DNA of 52,808 nt. Source: Candidatus Omnitrophota bacterium. Its GTDB lineage: Bacteria > Omnitrophota > Gorgyraeia > JAHJTE01. Positions 41,149-50,767 of the stretch are shown here, piece after piece; within the stretch, counting starts at the first letter, position 1, and the number at the start of each line of letters is the position of its first letter. The notes under the pieces are model-generated. The model was not told the DNA's origin. It was given only the letters and a program-made list of their open reading frames with translations, and did no database searches. A program made the translations under genes and the position numbers. The stretch covers positions 1 to 52,808 of the forward strand of contig JAGVEL010000039.1 in the NCBI GenBank assembly GCA_020058285.1, given 5' to 3'.

Positions 41149-42636
41149 ATGTATTATCCAAACGAAAAAGAATTTTTAAAATTAGCTAAAAAAGGAAACC
41201 TGATTCCGGTGTATAAAGAGATTTTAGCTGATTTGGAGACACCGGTAAGCGCATATTTAAAAGTTTCAAAAAATGATGATTATTCATTTCTGCTTGAATC
41301 AGTAGAGGGGCAGGAGCGGGTGGGGAGGTTTTCATTTTTAGCCACAAATCCGAAATTAATCTTTAAATCAAAAGGCGCTGATATTTCAATAATCGATTAT
41401 ATTAAAAAGAAAGCCTTAAAATTTAAAACTAAAACTAATCCGCTTGACGAGATAAGAAAGATAATGAACCGCTATCGCTTTGTTAAGTTGGCCCAGCTAC
41501 CCAGGTTTTGCGGAGGCTTTGTTGGTTATATCGGCTATGATTGCGTGCGGTTTTTTGAAAAGTTGGAAAATAAGACAAGTGATGATCTAAATTTTCCGGA
41601 TAGCCTGCTAATGCTGGCTGAAGACTTATTGATTTTTGATCATGTGCAAAAGACCATAAAAATTATTTGTTGTGCCTATGTTCAGGATAAGTCAGATTCA
41701 GAATTGAGAAAAGCGTATAAGGATACTTTAGGCAGGATTGATCATTTGCACATTAAGCTTAGCGCTAAATTAAAACCCAGTCTAAAAGAAGCAAGGGCTC
41801 AAGAAATTAAGGATATTAAATTTTCTTCCAATATCGTCAAGAAAACTTTTACCAGTAGCGTAGAGAGAGCAAAGCAGTATATCAGAGCTGGAGATATTAT
41901 CCAGGTGGTATTATCACAGAGATTTTCAATGCCGGTGAAGTGTGAGCCGTTAACAGTTTACCGAAACTTGCGTTCGATAAATCCATCTCCGTATATGTTT
42001 TTCTTAAAATTAAAAGATCTTATTTTAGTCGGCTCTTCTCCGGAGATGTTAGTGCGTTGCGAAGATAGTTTTGTCCAGACCAGGCCTATTGCCGGAACCA
42101 GGCCGCGTGGTCAAAACGAGGCGCAAGACGAAAGGTTAAAACAGGAATTGCTCAATGATCCTAAAGAAAAATGCGAGCACACGATGCTTGTAGATTTAGG
42201 GAGAAATGATCTAGGCCGGGTTTGTGAGTTTAAAAGCGTCCATCTAAGTGAGTTTATGAAGGTCGAGATGTATTCGCATGTTATGCACATTGTATCGAAT
42301 GTTTGTGGTAAGCTGAAAAAGAACAAAGATATTTTTGATGCACTTATTGCGGCTTTCCCAGCAGGTACGGTAAGCGGCGCGCCAAAAGTCAGGGCCATGG
42401 AAATCATTGAGGAATTAGAGAAGAACCGCAGAGGTCCATATGCCGGCTGCGTGGGTTATTTTAGTTTTTCAGGCAATTTGGATTCCTGTATCACGATTCG
42501 AACTATTGTAATTAATCAGGGTAGAGCTTATGTTCAGGCTGGAGCAGGTATTGTAGCTGATTCAAAACCAGAAAAAGAGTTTCAAGAAACTATAAACAAA
42601 GCTAAGGCAATGCTTGAGGCAATAGCCAGAAATTAA
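41149..42636 (+). CDS. trpE: Anthranilate synthase component I
   Basis: ADLETPV, FLLESVEG, GDIIQVVLSQ, NPSPYM, RPIAGTRPRG, EHTMLVDLGRND, PAGTVSGAPK. Confidence 0.93.
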   Translation: MYYPNEKEFLKLAKKGNLIPVYKEILADLETPVSAYLKVSKNDDYSFLLESVEGQERVGRFSFLATNPKLIFKSKGADISIIDYIKKKALKFKTKTNPLDEIRKIMNRYRFVKLAQLPRFCGGFVGYIGYDCVRFFEKLENKTSDDLNFPDSLLMLAEDLLIFDHVQKTIKIICCAYVQDKSDSELRKAYKDTLGRIDHLHIKLSAKLKPSLKEARAQEIKDIKFSSNIVKKTFTSSVERAKQYIRAGDIIQVVLSQRFSMPVKCEPLTVYRNLRSINPSPYMFFLKLKDLILVGSSPEMLVRCEDSFVQTRPIAGTRPRGQNEAQDERLKQELLNDPKEKCEHTMLVDLGRNDLGRVCEFKSVHLSEFMKVEMYSHVMHIVSNVCGKLKKNKDIFDALIAAFPAGTVSGAPKVRAMEIIEELEKNRRGPYAGCVGYFSFSGNLDSCITIRTIVINQGRAYVQAGAGIVADSKPEKEFQETINKAKAMLEAIARN

Positions 42637-42666
42637 ACTAAAAATACTTAACTTACGGGAGGCAAG

Positions 42667-42921
42667 ATGGCAGTTGTAATGAGGATGACAAAGATTGGCA
42701 AGTCTGCAAACAAGGATTTTCATTTCCGGATTATAGTTATTGATTCTCATAAAGCCCGGGATGCAAGATTCATCGAGGAATTAGGCTATTACAATCCAGC
42801 AAAAAAACCACCGCTCTTAAAAATTAACATGGAGAGATTTGAACATTGGCGCAAACTTGGAGCAAGGCCTTCAGATACCTTAGCTTCATTGGTCAAGAAA
42901 GTAAAAAAAGAAAATAAATAA
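42667..42921 (+). CDS. rpsP: 30S ribosomal protein S16
   Basis: MAVVMRM..IG, FRIIVIDS..ARD..FIEELGYYNP, W..LGARPSDT. Confidence 0.92.
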   Translation: MAVVMRMTKIGKSANKDFHFRIIVIDSHKARDARFIEELGYYNPAKKPPLLKINMERFEHWRKLGARPSDTLASLVKKVKKENK

Positions 42922-42935
42922 TTTATGGAGGAAAC

Positions 42936-43220
42936 ATGGGTTCAACACAAGCACCTTTACTTGTAAGTCTTTTTCCGTTTATTTTGGTTTTTTTGGTGAT
43001 GTACGTATTGATAATTTTACCTCAACAGAAACAGCAGAAAAAACATCGTCAGATGCTCACTAACCTTAAAAAGAATGACGAGGTGGTTACTATCGGCGGC
43101 GTTCATGGTACAATTGTCAATGTTAAGGAAAAAACTTTTATTTTGCGTATTGATGATAATGTAAAAGTTGAGATCGATAAAAGCGCAATTGCTTCTGTTA
43201 CAAGAGTAGCTTCGGTTTAA
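42936..43220 (+). CDS. yajC: Preprotein translocase subunit YajC
   Basis: TM helix, PQQKQQKKH..ML..LKKNDEVVTIGG.HG. Confidence 0.93.
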   Translation: MGSTQAPLLVSLFPFILVFLVMYVLIILPQQKQQKKHRQMLTNLKKNDEVVTIGGVHGTIVNVKEKTFILRIDDNVKVEIDKSAIASVTRVASV

Positions 43221-43222
43221 AT

Positions 43223-43384
43223 AGGAATATATCCCTTGCTTAAACAGGCTAAAATTCTCTTTGATAATTTTAGCCTAAGCTTCGCCCTGCAGAATTTTTA
43301 CCCGCGAAGCGCGGGAAAAATTCTACAGGATTAGTCCTAAGACAATCTTGGCTATGCCAAGATTGTGTAGGAGGATCAATTCCT
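43223..43384. other. Cloverleaf-structured intergenic element (closing stem plus three hairpins)
   Basis: AGGAAT..ATCC / GGAT..ATTCCT enclosing AGGCTAAAATT/AATTTTAGCCT, CCTGCAGAATTTTT-CCCGC/GCGGG-AAAAATTCTACAGG and TCCTA-ACAATCTTGGC/GCCAAGATTGT-TAGGA. Confidence 0.7.
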
Positions 43385-43422
43385 CTTCGCCATTTAGGCT
43401 CGGGGGTCATTGAGAGGATCAT

Positions 43423-45600
43423 ATGTACAAAAATCTAAACTTAAAATTAGGTTTCATTGTAGCTGTAGTTATAATTGCTTGTTTGTTAGCCTTCCCGCTT
43501 AATAAGAAGATTAATCTGGGTTTAGACCTTCAAGGCGGGATGCATCTGGTTATGCGCGTTGATGATTCTAAATTATCAGAGGAATCTAAAAAAGATGCAG
43601 TTGACCGGGCAGTTGAAGTTATACGTAACCGCATTGATGAATTTGGGGTAAAAGAGCCATCGATACAGCGCCAGGGGGAAAATGAGATTGTTATTCAGCT
43701 TCCGGGAATTACTGAACGCGGCCGGGCAATAGAGCTTATTGGCCGGACTGCACTTTTAGAGTTTAGATTAGTTAATAGCGATAAGGAAAATTTAAGGTTG
43801 GCTCTAAGCGGCCAGGTGCCAGAAGGATTTGAGTTAAAATATATAAATGAAGAGCCGATATTGCTTGAGAAGAATGCTGTATTAACCGGCGATGCATTAG
43901 TTAATGCTGCTGTGAGTTTTGATCAGTCAAGATTTAATGAGCCGCTTGTTACTCTTAAATTTAATTCTAAGGGAGCTGCTGAATTTGCTCAAATTACAAC
44001 GAGCAATGTTGGAAAGCGCCTGGCAATTGTCCTTGATGGTAAGGTGCAGTCTGCTCCGAGGATAAATGAGCCTATACCGTCAGGAGAAGCAGTGATTACT
44101 GGAAGGTTTACTCCCCAAGAGGCTCAGGATTTAGCCATAGTTTTACGCGTCGGCGCATTGCCTGCACCAATTTATATAGAAGAAGAAAGAACAATCGGCC
44201 CATTGTTAGGTCAGGATTCAATTAAGGCCGGAGTACACGCCGCAATTATGGGCTCAGTGTTTGTTTTTGTGTTTATGATCGGTTACTATTTGCTTGCCGG
44301 AGTGATTTCTAACATTGCGCTTATGCTTAACCTTTTAATTATGCTTGCCGGTTTAAGTCTGTTTCATTCAACGCTTACTCTTCCGGGTATTGCGGGTATT
44401 GCTCTGAGTTTAGGCATGGCTGTGGATGCTAATGTCTTGATTAATGAGCGCATCAGAGAGGAGTTGCGCTTAGGCAGGTCTTTAGCTGCGGCAATTGCCA
44501 ATGGTTATCATCGCGCACTTAGTGCAATCATTGATTCTAACGTTACAACATTGATTGCGGCATTTTTGCTTTTCCAATTTGGAACAGGGCCTATCCGCGG
44601 CTTTGCTGTAACTTTAACTATTGGTATCTTAGCCAGCTTATTTACTGCGGTTATGGTTACAAGGACGATATTTGAGTCATTATTAAGGCATCGTTTATTA
44701 AGTTCCTTACCCATGGTTAGCCTTTTAAAGCAACCAAAACTTGATTATATCCGCTATCGATTTGTATTTTATACACTTTCCATAGTTGTTATTGTAGCGG
44801 GTTTAAGTCTTTTTGCTATGCGGGGGAGTAGTTCTCTGGGGGTTGATTTTTCCGGAGGCCAGCTGCAGGAGTATAGATTTAAAACTCCGCCTGCGCCTGA
44901 GGAGGTTCGTAGTGCCTTAAAAGAGATAAATTTCGGCGATGCAATCATCCAGCAATTTAGCTCTAATCCCAATCAGATTATAATTCGCACCCAGGAAGAT
45001 TCTTTAGAAAAGATATCAAATAAATTAAAAGAAAAATTTGCGAATAATCCCTTTGAGGTTATCAAGGTGGAAAAAGTCGGGCCGATTGCCGGTAAAATCT
45101 TAAAGCAAAAAGCGATTTACGCGATTATTCTTTCTCTTTTAGGCATACTTGGTTATGTCTGGATTAGATTTAAGCGTTTTGATTTTGCTATTGCCGGAGT
45201 TATAGCTTTAATCCACGATATCTTAATTGCCACAATAGCAATGGTTGTTACTAGGCGGCCGATTGATTTGTTGACAGTTACCGGACTATTAGCTATTGCC
45301 GGCTATTCAATTAACGATACAATTGTTATCTATGACCGCATTCGGGAAGTAAGCCGGAGTTTGCGCAAAATGACCCTTGCTGAGATTATTAACTTAAGCG
45401 TTAACCAGACTATGGCCCGGACTATTCTTACGTCTTTGTTGACGCTTTTTGTCGTGCTTTCTTTATTATTATTCGGCGGAGAAGTTTTAAATAGCCTTGG
45501 TTTTTGCCTTTTTGTCGGGCTTATTTCCGGAACGTACTCTACAGTATTTATTGCCTCTCCTTTAGTGCTTTTGTTCAGTAAGCGCCGTCCCGTTAGATAA
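43423..45600 (+). CDS. secDF: Fused protein translocase subunit SecDF
   Basis: LGLDLQGG, RNRIDEFGVKEP, GMAVDANVLINERIREE, GVDFSGG, GYSINDTIVIYDRIRE. Confidence 0.95.
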   Translation: MYKNLNLKLGFIVAVVIIACLLAFPLNKKINLGLDLQGGMHLVMRVDDSKLSEESKKDAVDRAVEVIRNRIDEFGVKEPSIQRQGENEIVIQLPGITERGRAIELIGRTALLEFRLVNSDKENLRLALSGQVPEGFELKYINEEPILLEKNAVLTGDALVNAAVSFDQSRFNEPLVTLKFNSKGAAEFAQITTSNVGKRLAIVLDGKVQSAPRINEPIPSGEAVITGRFTPQEAQDLAIVLRVGALPAPIYIEEERTIGPLLGQDSIKAGVHAAIMGSVFVFVFMIGYYLLAGVISNIALMLNLLIMLAGLSLFHSTLTLPGIAGIALSLGMAVDANVLINERIREELRLGRSLAAAIANGYHRALSAIIDSNVTTLIAAFLLFQFGTGPIRGFAVTLTIGILASLFTAVMVTRTIFESLLRHRLLSSLPMVSLLKQPKLDYIRYRFVFYTLSIVVIVAGLSLFAMRGSSSLGVDFSGGQLQEYRFKTPPAPEEVRSALKEINFGDAIIQQFSSNPNQIIIRTQEDSLEKISNKLKEKFANNPFEVIKVEKVGPIAGKILKQKAIYAIILSLLGILGYVWIRFKRFDFAIAGVIALIHDILIATIAMVVTRRPIDLLTVTGLLAIAGYSINDTIVIYDRIREVSRSLRKMTLAEIINLSVNQTMARTILTSLLTLFVVLSLLLFGGEVLNSLGFCLFVGLISGTYSTVFIASPLVLLFSKRRPVR

Positions 45601-45626
45601 TTTCCCTGGAGTTTTTTAATCATCTT

Positions 45627-47603
45627 TTGGAGGAGCAGTATAAGATTATGTTTAAGCATTTTTTACTGCGCATTAACGAGAGAACACTTAAGCAGACTGT
45701 TTTGGATAAATTAGTCGAACTTAATTATTCTTATCAGCCTAAGGTTAGCGAGCAAGGCGATTTTACCCACCGCGGTTCCATAATTGATATATTCCCCGTT
45801 GCATTTAACTGGCCGATACGCCTGGAGTTCAATATCAACCAGGTTGAATCAATTAAAAGTTTTGACCCGCATTCGCAAAAAACACTCTGGGGCAATAATA
45901 AAGCAATAATTCTTCCTTTTAAGCGTAAGGTAAGCATTCACCCTGATAAGCTAAAGCTTGATGAGGCAAGAAAAGCACATATCAAGCTAACTGACAATAA
46001 AGATATCCGGCTGGATGATTTTCTTAATTTAGAGTTTGGCGACTATGTTGTGCATGAAGAACATGGAATTGGCAAATTTGTTGGAATAAAAAAAATTAAA
46101 TTAAAAGATAAGCTAACTGATCACTTGATAATTCGTTATCTAGGCGGCGATTCTTTATATGTTCCGCTTAATGAAATCAATCTTGTATCGCGCTATATGG
46201 CTTTTGAGGGATTGCGGCCAAAGATGTCGCGCCTGGGAAGTTCAGAGTGGCAGAGGATTAAAGATAGAGTAAGAAGAGCAGTAAGAGTGGTAGCTTTGGA
46301 TTTATTACAAACCCAGGCTGCGCGTAGCTCTCTAAGCGGTTTTAAATTTTCAGCTGATACTGATTGGCAGCGGGATTTTGAGGCAACATTTCCCTATGAA
46401 GAAACGCCGGATCAGAAGAAGTCCTGGATCGAAGTAAAAAAAGATATGGAATCTGACCAGCCTATGGATAGGCTTCTTTGCGGGGATGTTGGTTACGGCA
46501 AAACTGAAGTGGCAATGCGCGCTGCGTTTAAGGCAGTGATGGATAACAAACAGGTTGCGATATTAGTACCTACGACCATTTTAGCTGTCCAGCACTACTT
46601 TAATTTTAGCCAGAGAGTTTCAAGCTTTCCGGTAAACGTGGCAATGCTTTCGCGTTTTAATTCTAAAGGCGAAAATAAAAATATCGTAGAGGCTACAAAA
46701 AAAGGCGCGATTGATATATTAATTGGAACGCACCGGCTCTTAGGAAATGACGTGCAATTTAAGGATTTAGGCCTGATTATTATTGATGAGGAGCAGCGTT
46801 TCGGCGTTAGGGCAAAGGAAAAATTGAAAAAGCTTCGCTTGCTAGCTGATATATTAACTCTAACAGCAACGCCTATTCCGCGTACATTGTATATGTCCCT
46901 CACCGGGATTAAGGATATTTCGGTTATTGATACGCCGCCTAAAAATAGGTTAGCTGTAGAGACTATAGTTAGCGAATATGATGAGCACCTTGCAGTTCAG
47001 GCAGTAGAACAAGAGGTTAAGCGGGGAGGCCAGGTATATTTTGTCCATAATCGCATTGAGGATATAGACAAAGTTGCCTTGCGATTAAAGAAGGATTTGG
47101 ATGAAAGAATTAATATTGCAATTGCGCATGGCAGAATGCACTCCAATGATTTAGAGAAAGTAACTCTATCTTTTCTCAAGCGCAAGATTGACTGTTTGGT
47201 AACGACAACGATTATTGAATCAGGCATTGATATTCCTAATGCCAATACGTTAATTGTTGACCGGGCAGAACATTTTGGCCTCTCGGATTTGCACCAGTTG
47301 CGCGGAAGAGTTGGAAGATTCAACCGCCAGGCTTACGCATATCTGTTTATTTCAAAAGAGGCTGTTTTGAACCCGGATGCAAAAAAGCGGCTGAAGGCAA
47401 TAGAGGAATTTTCGCAATTAGGTTCAGGCTTTCAGATTGCTATGCAGGATTTAGAAATCAGGGGAGCGGGAAATCTACTCGGAACAGAACAGCATGGGTA
47501 TATTATGGTGGTTGGTTTTGATTTATATAGCCGGCTTTTGCGACAGGCTGTAGATGGGTTGCATTCTTTAAGAAAGGAGAAAGTACATCATGCATCAAAT
47601 TAA
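45627..47603 (+). CDS. mfd: Transcription-repair coupling factor, compact form (alternative start ATG 45648)
   Basis: UvrB-homology RGSIIDIFP, RID GDYVVHEEHGIGKF, CGDVGYGKTE, IIDEEQRFG, TATPIPRTL, QLRGRVGR, DLEIRGAGNLLG. Confidence 0.9.
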   Translation: MEEQYKIMFKHFLLRINERTLKQTVLDKLVELNYSYQPKVSEQGDFTHRGSIIDIFPVAFNWPIRLEFNINQVESIKSFDPHSQKTLWGNNKAIILPFKRKVSIHPDKLKLDEARKAHIKLTDNKDIRLDDFLNLEFGDYVVHEEHGIGKFVGIKKIKLKDKLTDHLIIRYLGGDSLYVPLNEINLVSRYMAFEGLRPKMSRLGSSEWQRIKDRVRRAVRVVALDLLQTQAARSSLSGFKFSADTDWQRDFEATFPYEETPDQKKSWIEVKKDMESDQPMDRLLCGDVGYGKTEVAMRAAFKAVMDNKQVAILVPTTILAVQHYFNFSQRVSSFPVNVAMLSRFNSKGENKNIVEATKKGAIDILIGTHRLLGNDVQFKDLGLIIIDEEQRFGVRAKEKLKKLRLLADILTLTATPIPRTLYMSLTGIKDISVIDTPPKNRLAVETIVSEYDEHLAVQAVEQEVKRGGQVYFVHNRIEDIDKVALRLKKDLDERINIAIAHGRMHSNDLEKVTLSFLKRKIDCLVTTTIIESGIDIPNANTLIVDRAEHFGLSDLHQLRGRVGRFNRQAYAYLFISKEAVLNPDAKKRLKAIEEFSQLGSGFQIAMQDLEIRGAGNLLGTEQHGYIMVVGFDLYSRLLRQAVDGLHSLRKEKVHHASN

Positions 47604-48525
47604 GGCTAATAAGATTATATCTGGGCTTATATATTTAATTGTTTTTTTGTTCATAATTGTGAAATCTGCTCAGGCTGTTGATGTGGTTAATGGGGATAAG
47701 ATTGTAGCAGTGGTGAATGATATGGTGATTACACAAAGCGAGGTTCAGGATTATGTGAATTTCGCCTATGTTCAACTTGCCGCGCGCTTAGAAGAGAAAA
47801 AATTAAACGAAGAGATCTCTCGCGTTGCTAAGGACGCCTTGGTCAGGCTTGTTGAGGATAAGCTTATTCTGCAGGAGGCACTCAAACAAGGAATAAAGAT
47901 CGAAGAAAAATTTATTGATGATCGGCTTTCCGATATGAAGGAAGGCTTTAAATCTGAAGAAGATTTTCAAAAAACATTGCAAACTCAGCACATTTCAATT
48001 GGCGATTTGAAGAAAAGTATCCGCGATCAAGAATTAATGCGTGCAATTGTAGATAAAGAAATTAAATCCAAGATTTATGTTTCACCCCAAGAGATTACGA
48101 CCTTCTATAATGAGCATCCTGAAGAATTTAATTTAAACGAAGGCAGATTAGTTAGTTTTTTGTTCTGCGATAACCAAAAAGAAGCTGAAAGCATATTAGC
48201 TCAAATTAAGCAAGGCAAAGATTTTGCTATATTTTTTCAATCAGATAATAGCCGGGAACGCAATAAAGAGATTAGAAAAGGCAAGTTAGAGCCTGATGCA
48301 GAAAAACAATTGTTTGCTGTACCGGTTGGCGCAATTTCTCCAGCGGTTAAAATTAATAATAAATATTATATTTTTAAAGTTTTAAAAATTCTGCCACAGG
48401 AAAAACTTTCTTTAACCCAGGCGCAAGATTCGGCATATGTGAGTATTTTTGATGAAAAAATGACTCAAGAGTTAACGGATTGGCTGGATAAGCTCAAAGA
48501 TAAAGCATATATCGTTATCAAATAA
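47590..48525 (+). CDS. surA: SurA/PrsA-like periplasmic chaperone with a degenerate parvulin domain
   Basis: Signal peptide, DKIVAVVND.VITQSEV, L.EDKLILQEA...GI, WLDKLKDKAYI; mfd-surA-pdxA-rsmA context. Confidence 0.75.
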   Translation: MHQIKANKIISGLIYLIVFLFIIVKSAQAVDVVNGDKIVAVVNDMVITQSEVQDYVNFAYVQLAARLEEKKLNEEISRVAKDALVRLVEDKLILQEALKQGIKIEEKFIDDRLSDMKEGFKSEEDFQKTLQTQHISIGDLKKSIRDQELMRAIVDKEIKSKIYVSPQEITTFYNEHPEEFNLNEGRLVSFLFCDNQKEAESILAQIKQGKDFAIFFQSDNSRERNKEIRKGKLEPDAEKQLFAVPVGAISPAVKINNKYYIFKVLKILPQEKLSLTQAQDSAYVSIFDEKMTQELTDWLDKLKDKAYIVIK

Positions 48526-48530
48526 AAAAA

Positions 48531-49481
48531 ATGACAAAAAAAATTGCAATTACAATGGGCGATCCATCTGGCATTGGCCCGGAGATAATTATAAAGGCCT
48601 TAGATTATTTTAATTCCAATGAAAGAAAACAGTTTATTCTCATTGGGAACAGTTTTGTGTTTAATAAATTTAAAGGTTTTAAAAAAATAACGGATTGTTT
48701 AGAGTTCATTGATATTAATAATGTTTCAAGGAATAAATTTAATTTTGGCGAGATTAGTGCTTCCAACGGACAAGCGTCTTTGGATTATTTAAATAAAGCA
48801 TTGGATTTAGTCAAAACTAAGCAGATTTCCGGTATAGTGACTTGCCCGGTATGCAAGATATCGATAGACCGGGTAGCAAATGGCTTTCGCGGCCAGACTG
48901 AATATCTAGCCAGACAGATAAACGTTAAATTAGTGCGCATGATGCTTTTATCCGGCAGGTTACGCTTTGTCTTGGTTACGACTCACCTTGCTTTAGCCCA
49001 GGTTCACAAAAGATTAAATATACCGGATTTAGTAAGCACTATCGTTTTGACTGATTTAGAATTAAACCGGCTGTTTAATATCAAGATTAGATTGATAGGA
49101 GTTTGCGGCTTAAATCCTCATTTAGGCGAAAGCGGCTTGTTAGGTCAGGAAGAAATTAAATTAATCACACCAGCAATAAAATTAGCTCAAGATAAAATAA
49201 CCGGGAGCAAAATTTTAGGGCCATTATCATTGGAAAGGATAGTTTTCTCGTTATTTAATAGAAAGCTGTCAGCTGGCATATGTATGTATCACGACCAGGC
49301 AATGATGCCGTTAAAGCTAATATGTCCAGCAAGAGGTGTGAATTTAACGCTTGGCCTTCCTTTTGTGCGGACTTCGCCTTTACATGGCACAGCCTTTGAT
49401 ATCGCCGGAAAAAATAAGGCAAGCCCGAGGTCATTAATCGAGGCTATAAAATTAACCTTAAAGTTAAGCAAGCGATGCTAA
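48531..49481 (+). CDS. pdxA: 4-hydroxythreonine-4-phosphate dehydrogenase family protein
   Basis: ITMGDPSGIGPE, LVTTH, GLNPH.GE, MYHDQ, NLTLGLPFVRTS..HGTAFDIAG. Confidence 0.88.
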   Translation: MTKKIAITMGDPSGIGPEIIIKALDYFNSNERKQFILIGNSFVFNKFKGFKKITDCLEFIDINNVSRNKFNFGEISASNGQASLDYLNKALDLVKTKQISGIVTCPVCKISIDRVANGFRGQTEYLARQINVKLVRMMLLSGRLRFVLVTTHLALAQVHKRLNIPDLVSTIVLTDLELNRLFNIKIRLIGVCGLNPHLGESGLLGQEEIKLITPAIKLAQDKITGSKILGPLSLERIVFSLFNRKLSAGICMYHDQAMMPLKLICPARGVNLTLGLPFVRTSPLHGTAFDIAGKNKASPRSLIEAIKLTLKLSKRC

Positions 49482-50332
49482 GTAGACACGAAAGATTTAC
49501 GCGAAGACCAGTCAGGCTTAAAATTTGCGGTTGCCCGATTGAAGTAATGCCCAAAAAATCATTAGGCCAAAATTTTCTAATTGATAAAAATATAACTTCT
49601 AAGATTATTTCTTGCGTATGTTTAGGCCCGGGCAGCATTGTTGTTGAAGTAGGCCCAGGAACAGGAGCATTAACTGAAAAGTTGCTCCAAACAGGCGCAG
49701 TTGTTTATGCGATTGAAATAGATAAGCGATTGTGCAATATCTTAGAGGATAAATTTAAGGGTAATAACAATTTTTTCCTTAAACACGCAGATATCTTAGA
49801 TTTTAAACTTTCAGAATTAAACCTAAATAAAAAAGCTACTTTGATTGGTAATTTGCCGTTCAATGTCTCGAGCCAGATAATTGCAAAATTTTTGCCGCAA
49901 AGCGAATATCTAAATGAGATCTTTGTTACAGTGCAAAAAGAATTAGCCATTCGCTTAGTTAGCAGTGTGGGAACAAGGGATACAGGAAGTATCAGTCTTT
50001 TTGTACATTTTTATTCAAAACCGAAGATTCTATTCACGATTAAGAGAACTTGTTTTCGGCCGGTTCCAAAAGTCGATGCTTGTTTTGTCAGCTTAAAGCT
50101 TAAAAGTAGCTCTAAAATTAGCCAGGTTGACACACAAATGCTGTTTTCAATAATTAGAGCTGCTTTTAACCAAAGGCGCAAAACCTTATATAATTCGCTC
50201 AAAACTTCTTTTGATGCGCAAAAATTGAAATTTGCTTTCAGTCACTCAGGTATAGACCAAATTCGTAGGCCGGAGACGATTTCCCTAGATGAATACATAG
50301 ATTTGATGAATTGCCTTAAACAAAGTGATTAG
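49475..50332 (+). CDS. rsmA: 16S rRNA m6,2A1518/1519 dimethyltransferase (alternative start ATG 49547)
   Basis: KKSLGQNFL, EVGPGTGALT, IEID, GNLPF, QKE, F.P.PKVD, AFNQRRKTL. Confidence 0.95.
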   Translation: MLSRHERFTRRPVRLKICGCPIEVMPKKSLGQNFLIDKNITSKIISCVCLGPGSIVVEVGPGTGALTEKLLQTGAVVYAIEIDKRLCNILEDKFKGNNNFFLKHADILDFKLSELNLNKKATLIGNLPFNVSSQIIAKFLPQSEYLNEIFVTVQKELAIRLVSSVGTRDTGSISLFVHFYSKPKILFTIKRTCFRPVPKVDACFVSLKLKSSSKISQVDTQMLFSIIRAAFNQRRKTLYNSLKTSFDAQKLKFAFSHSGIDQIRRPETISLDEYIDLMNCLKQSD

Positions 50333-50340
50333 GAATAGAG

Positions 50341-50369
50341 TTTACATTGTCGTATCTTTCTGTTATTAT
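50341..50369 (+). promoter_or_regulatory. sigma70-type promoter for gatCAB
   Basis: TTTACA (50341-50346), 17-nt spacer ending in TGn, TATTAT (50364-50369); an overlapping TATAAT at 50367-50372. Confidence 0.55.
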
Positions 50370-50474
50370 AATATTTTGTATCGGAAATCGGATATCTGTT
50401 ATTCCGATACAACTGTAGGGGGTTTGGGGGATTGTAGCCAATCCCCCAAGGGGTGACAGGGAGTAACTGCGGAT

Positions 50475-50759
50475 ATGTTTAGCAAAAAAGAACTAAAACA
50501 CTTAGCTACCTTAGCCCGCATAGAGCTCAGTGACGCAGAATTAGAAAAATTCAGCCGTCAACTTGTGTCTATTTTAGAATATATTGAACAATTAAAAGAG
50601 CTTGATGTAACTAAGGTTACGCCAACAACACATGTTATGAGTATTGAAGATGTTTTTCGCGATGACGTAGTTAAGCCATCCATAGATATTGAGCAGGTTT
50701 TAAAATTCGCGCCGGATAGATATGGCAATTTTTTCCGTGTGCCTAAAATTATTGAATAA
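50475..50759 (+). CDS. gatC: Asp/Glu-tRNA amidotransferase subunit C
   Basis: [32 protein letters not shown]. Confidence 0.95.
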   Translation: MFSKKELKHLATLARIELSDAELEKFSRQLVSILEYIEQLKELDVTKVTPTTHVMSIEDVFRDDVVKPSIDIEQVLKFAPDRYGNFFRVPKIIE

Positions 50760-50767
50760 ATAATCTG

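Noticed and set aside
36604-42636. Absence of hisG, hisC, hisE and trpG from the his/trp cluster
   Set aside because: Split amino-acid operons are common; these genes may lie elsewhere and this cannot be judged from the window.
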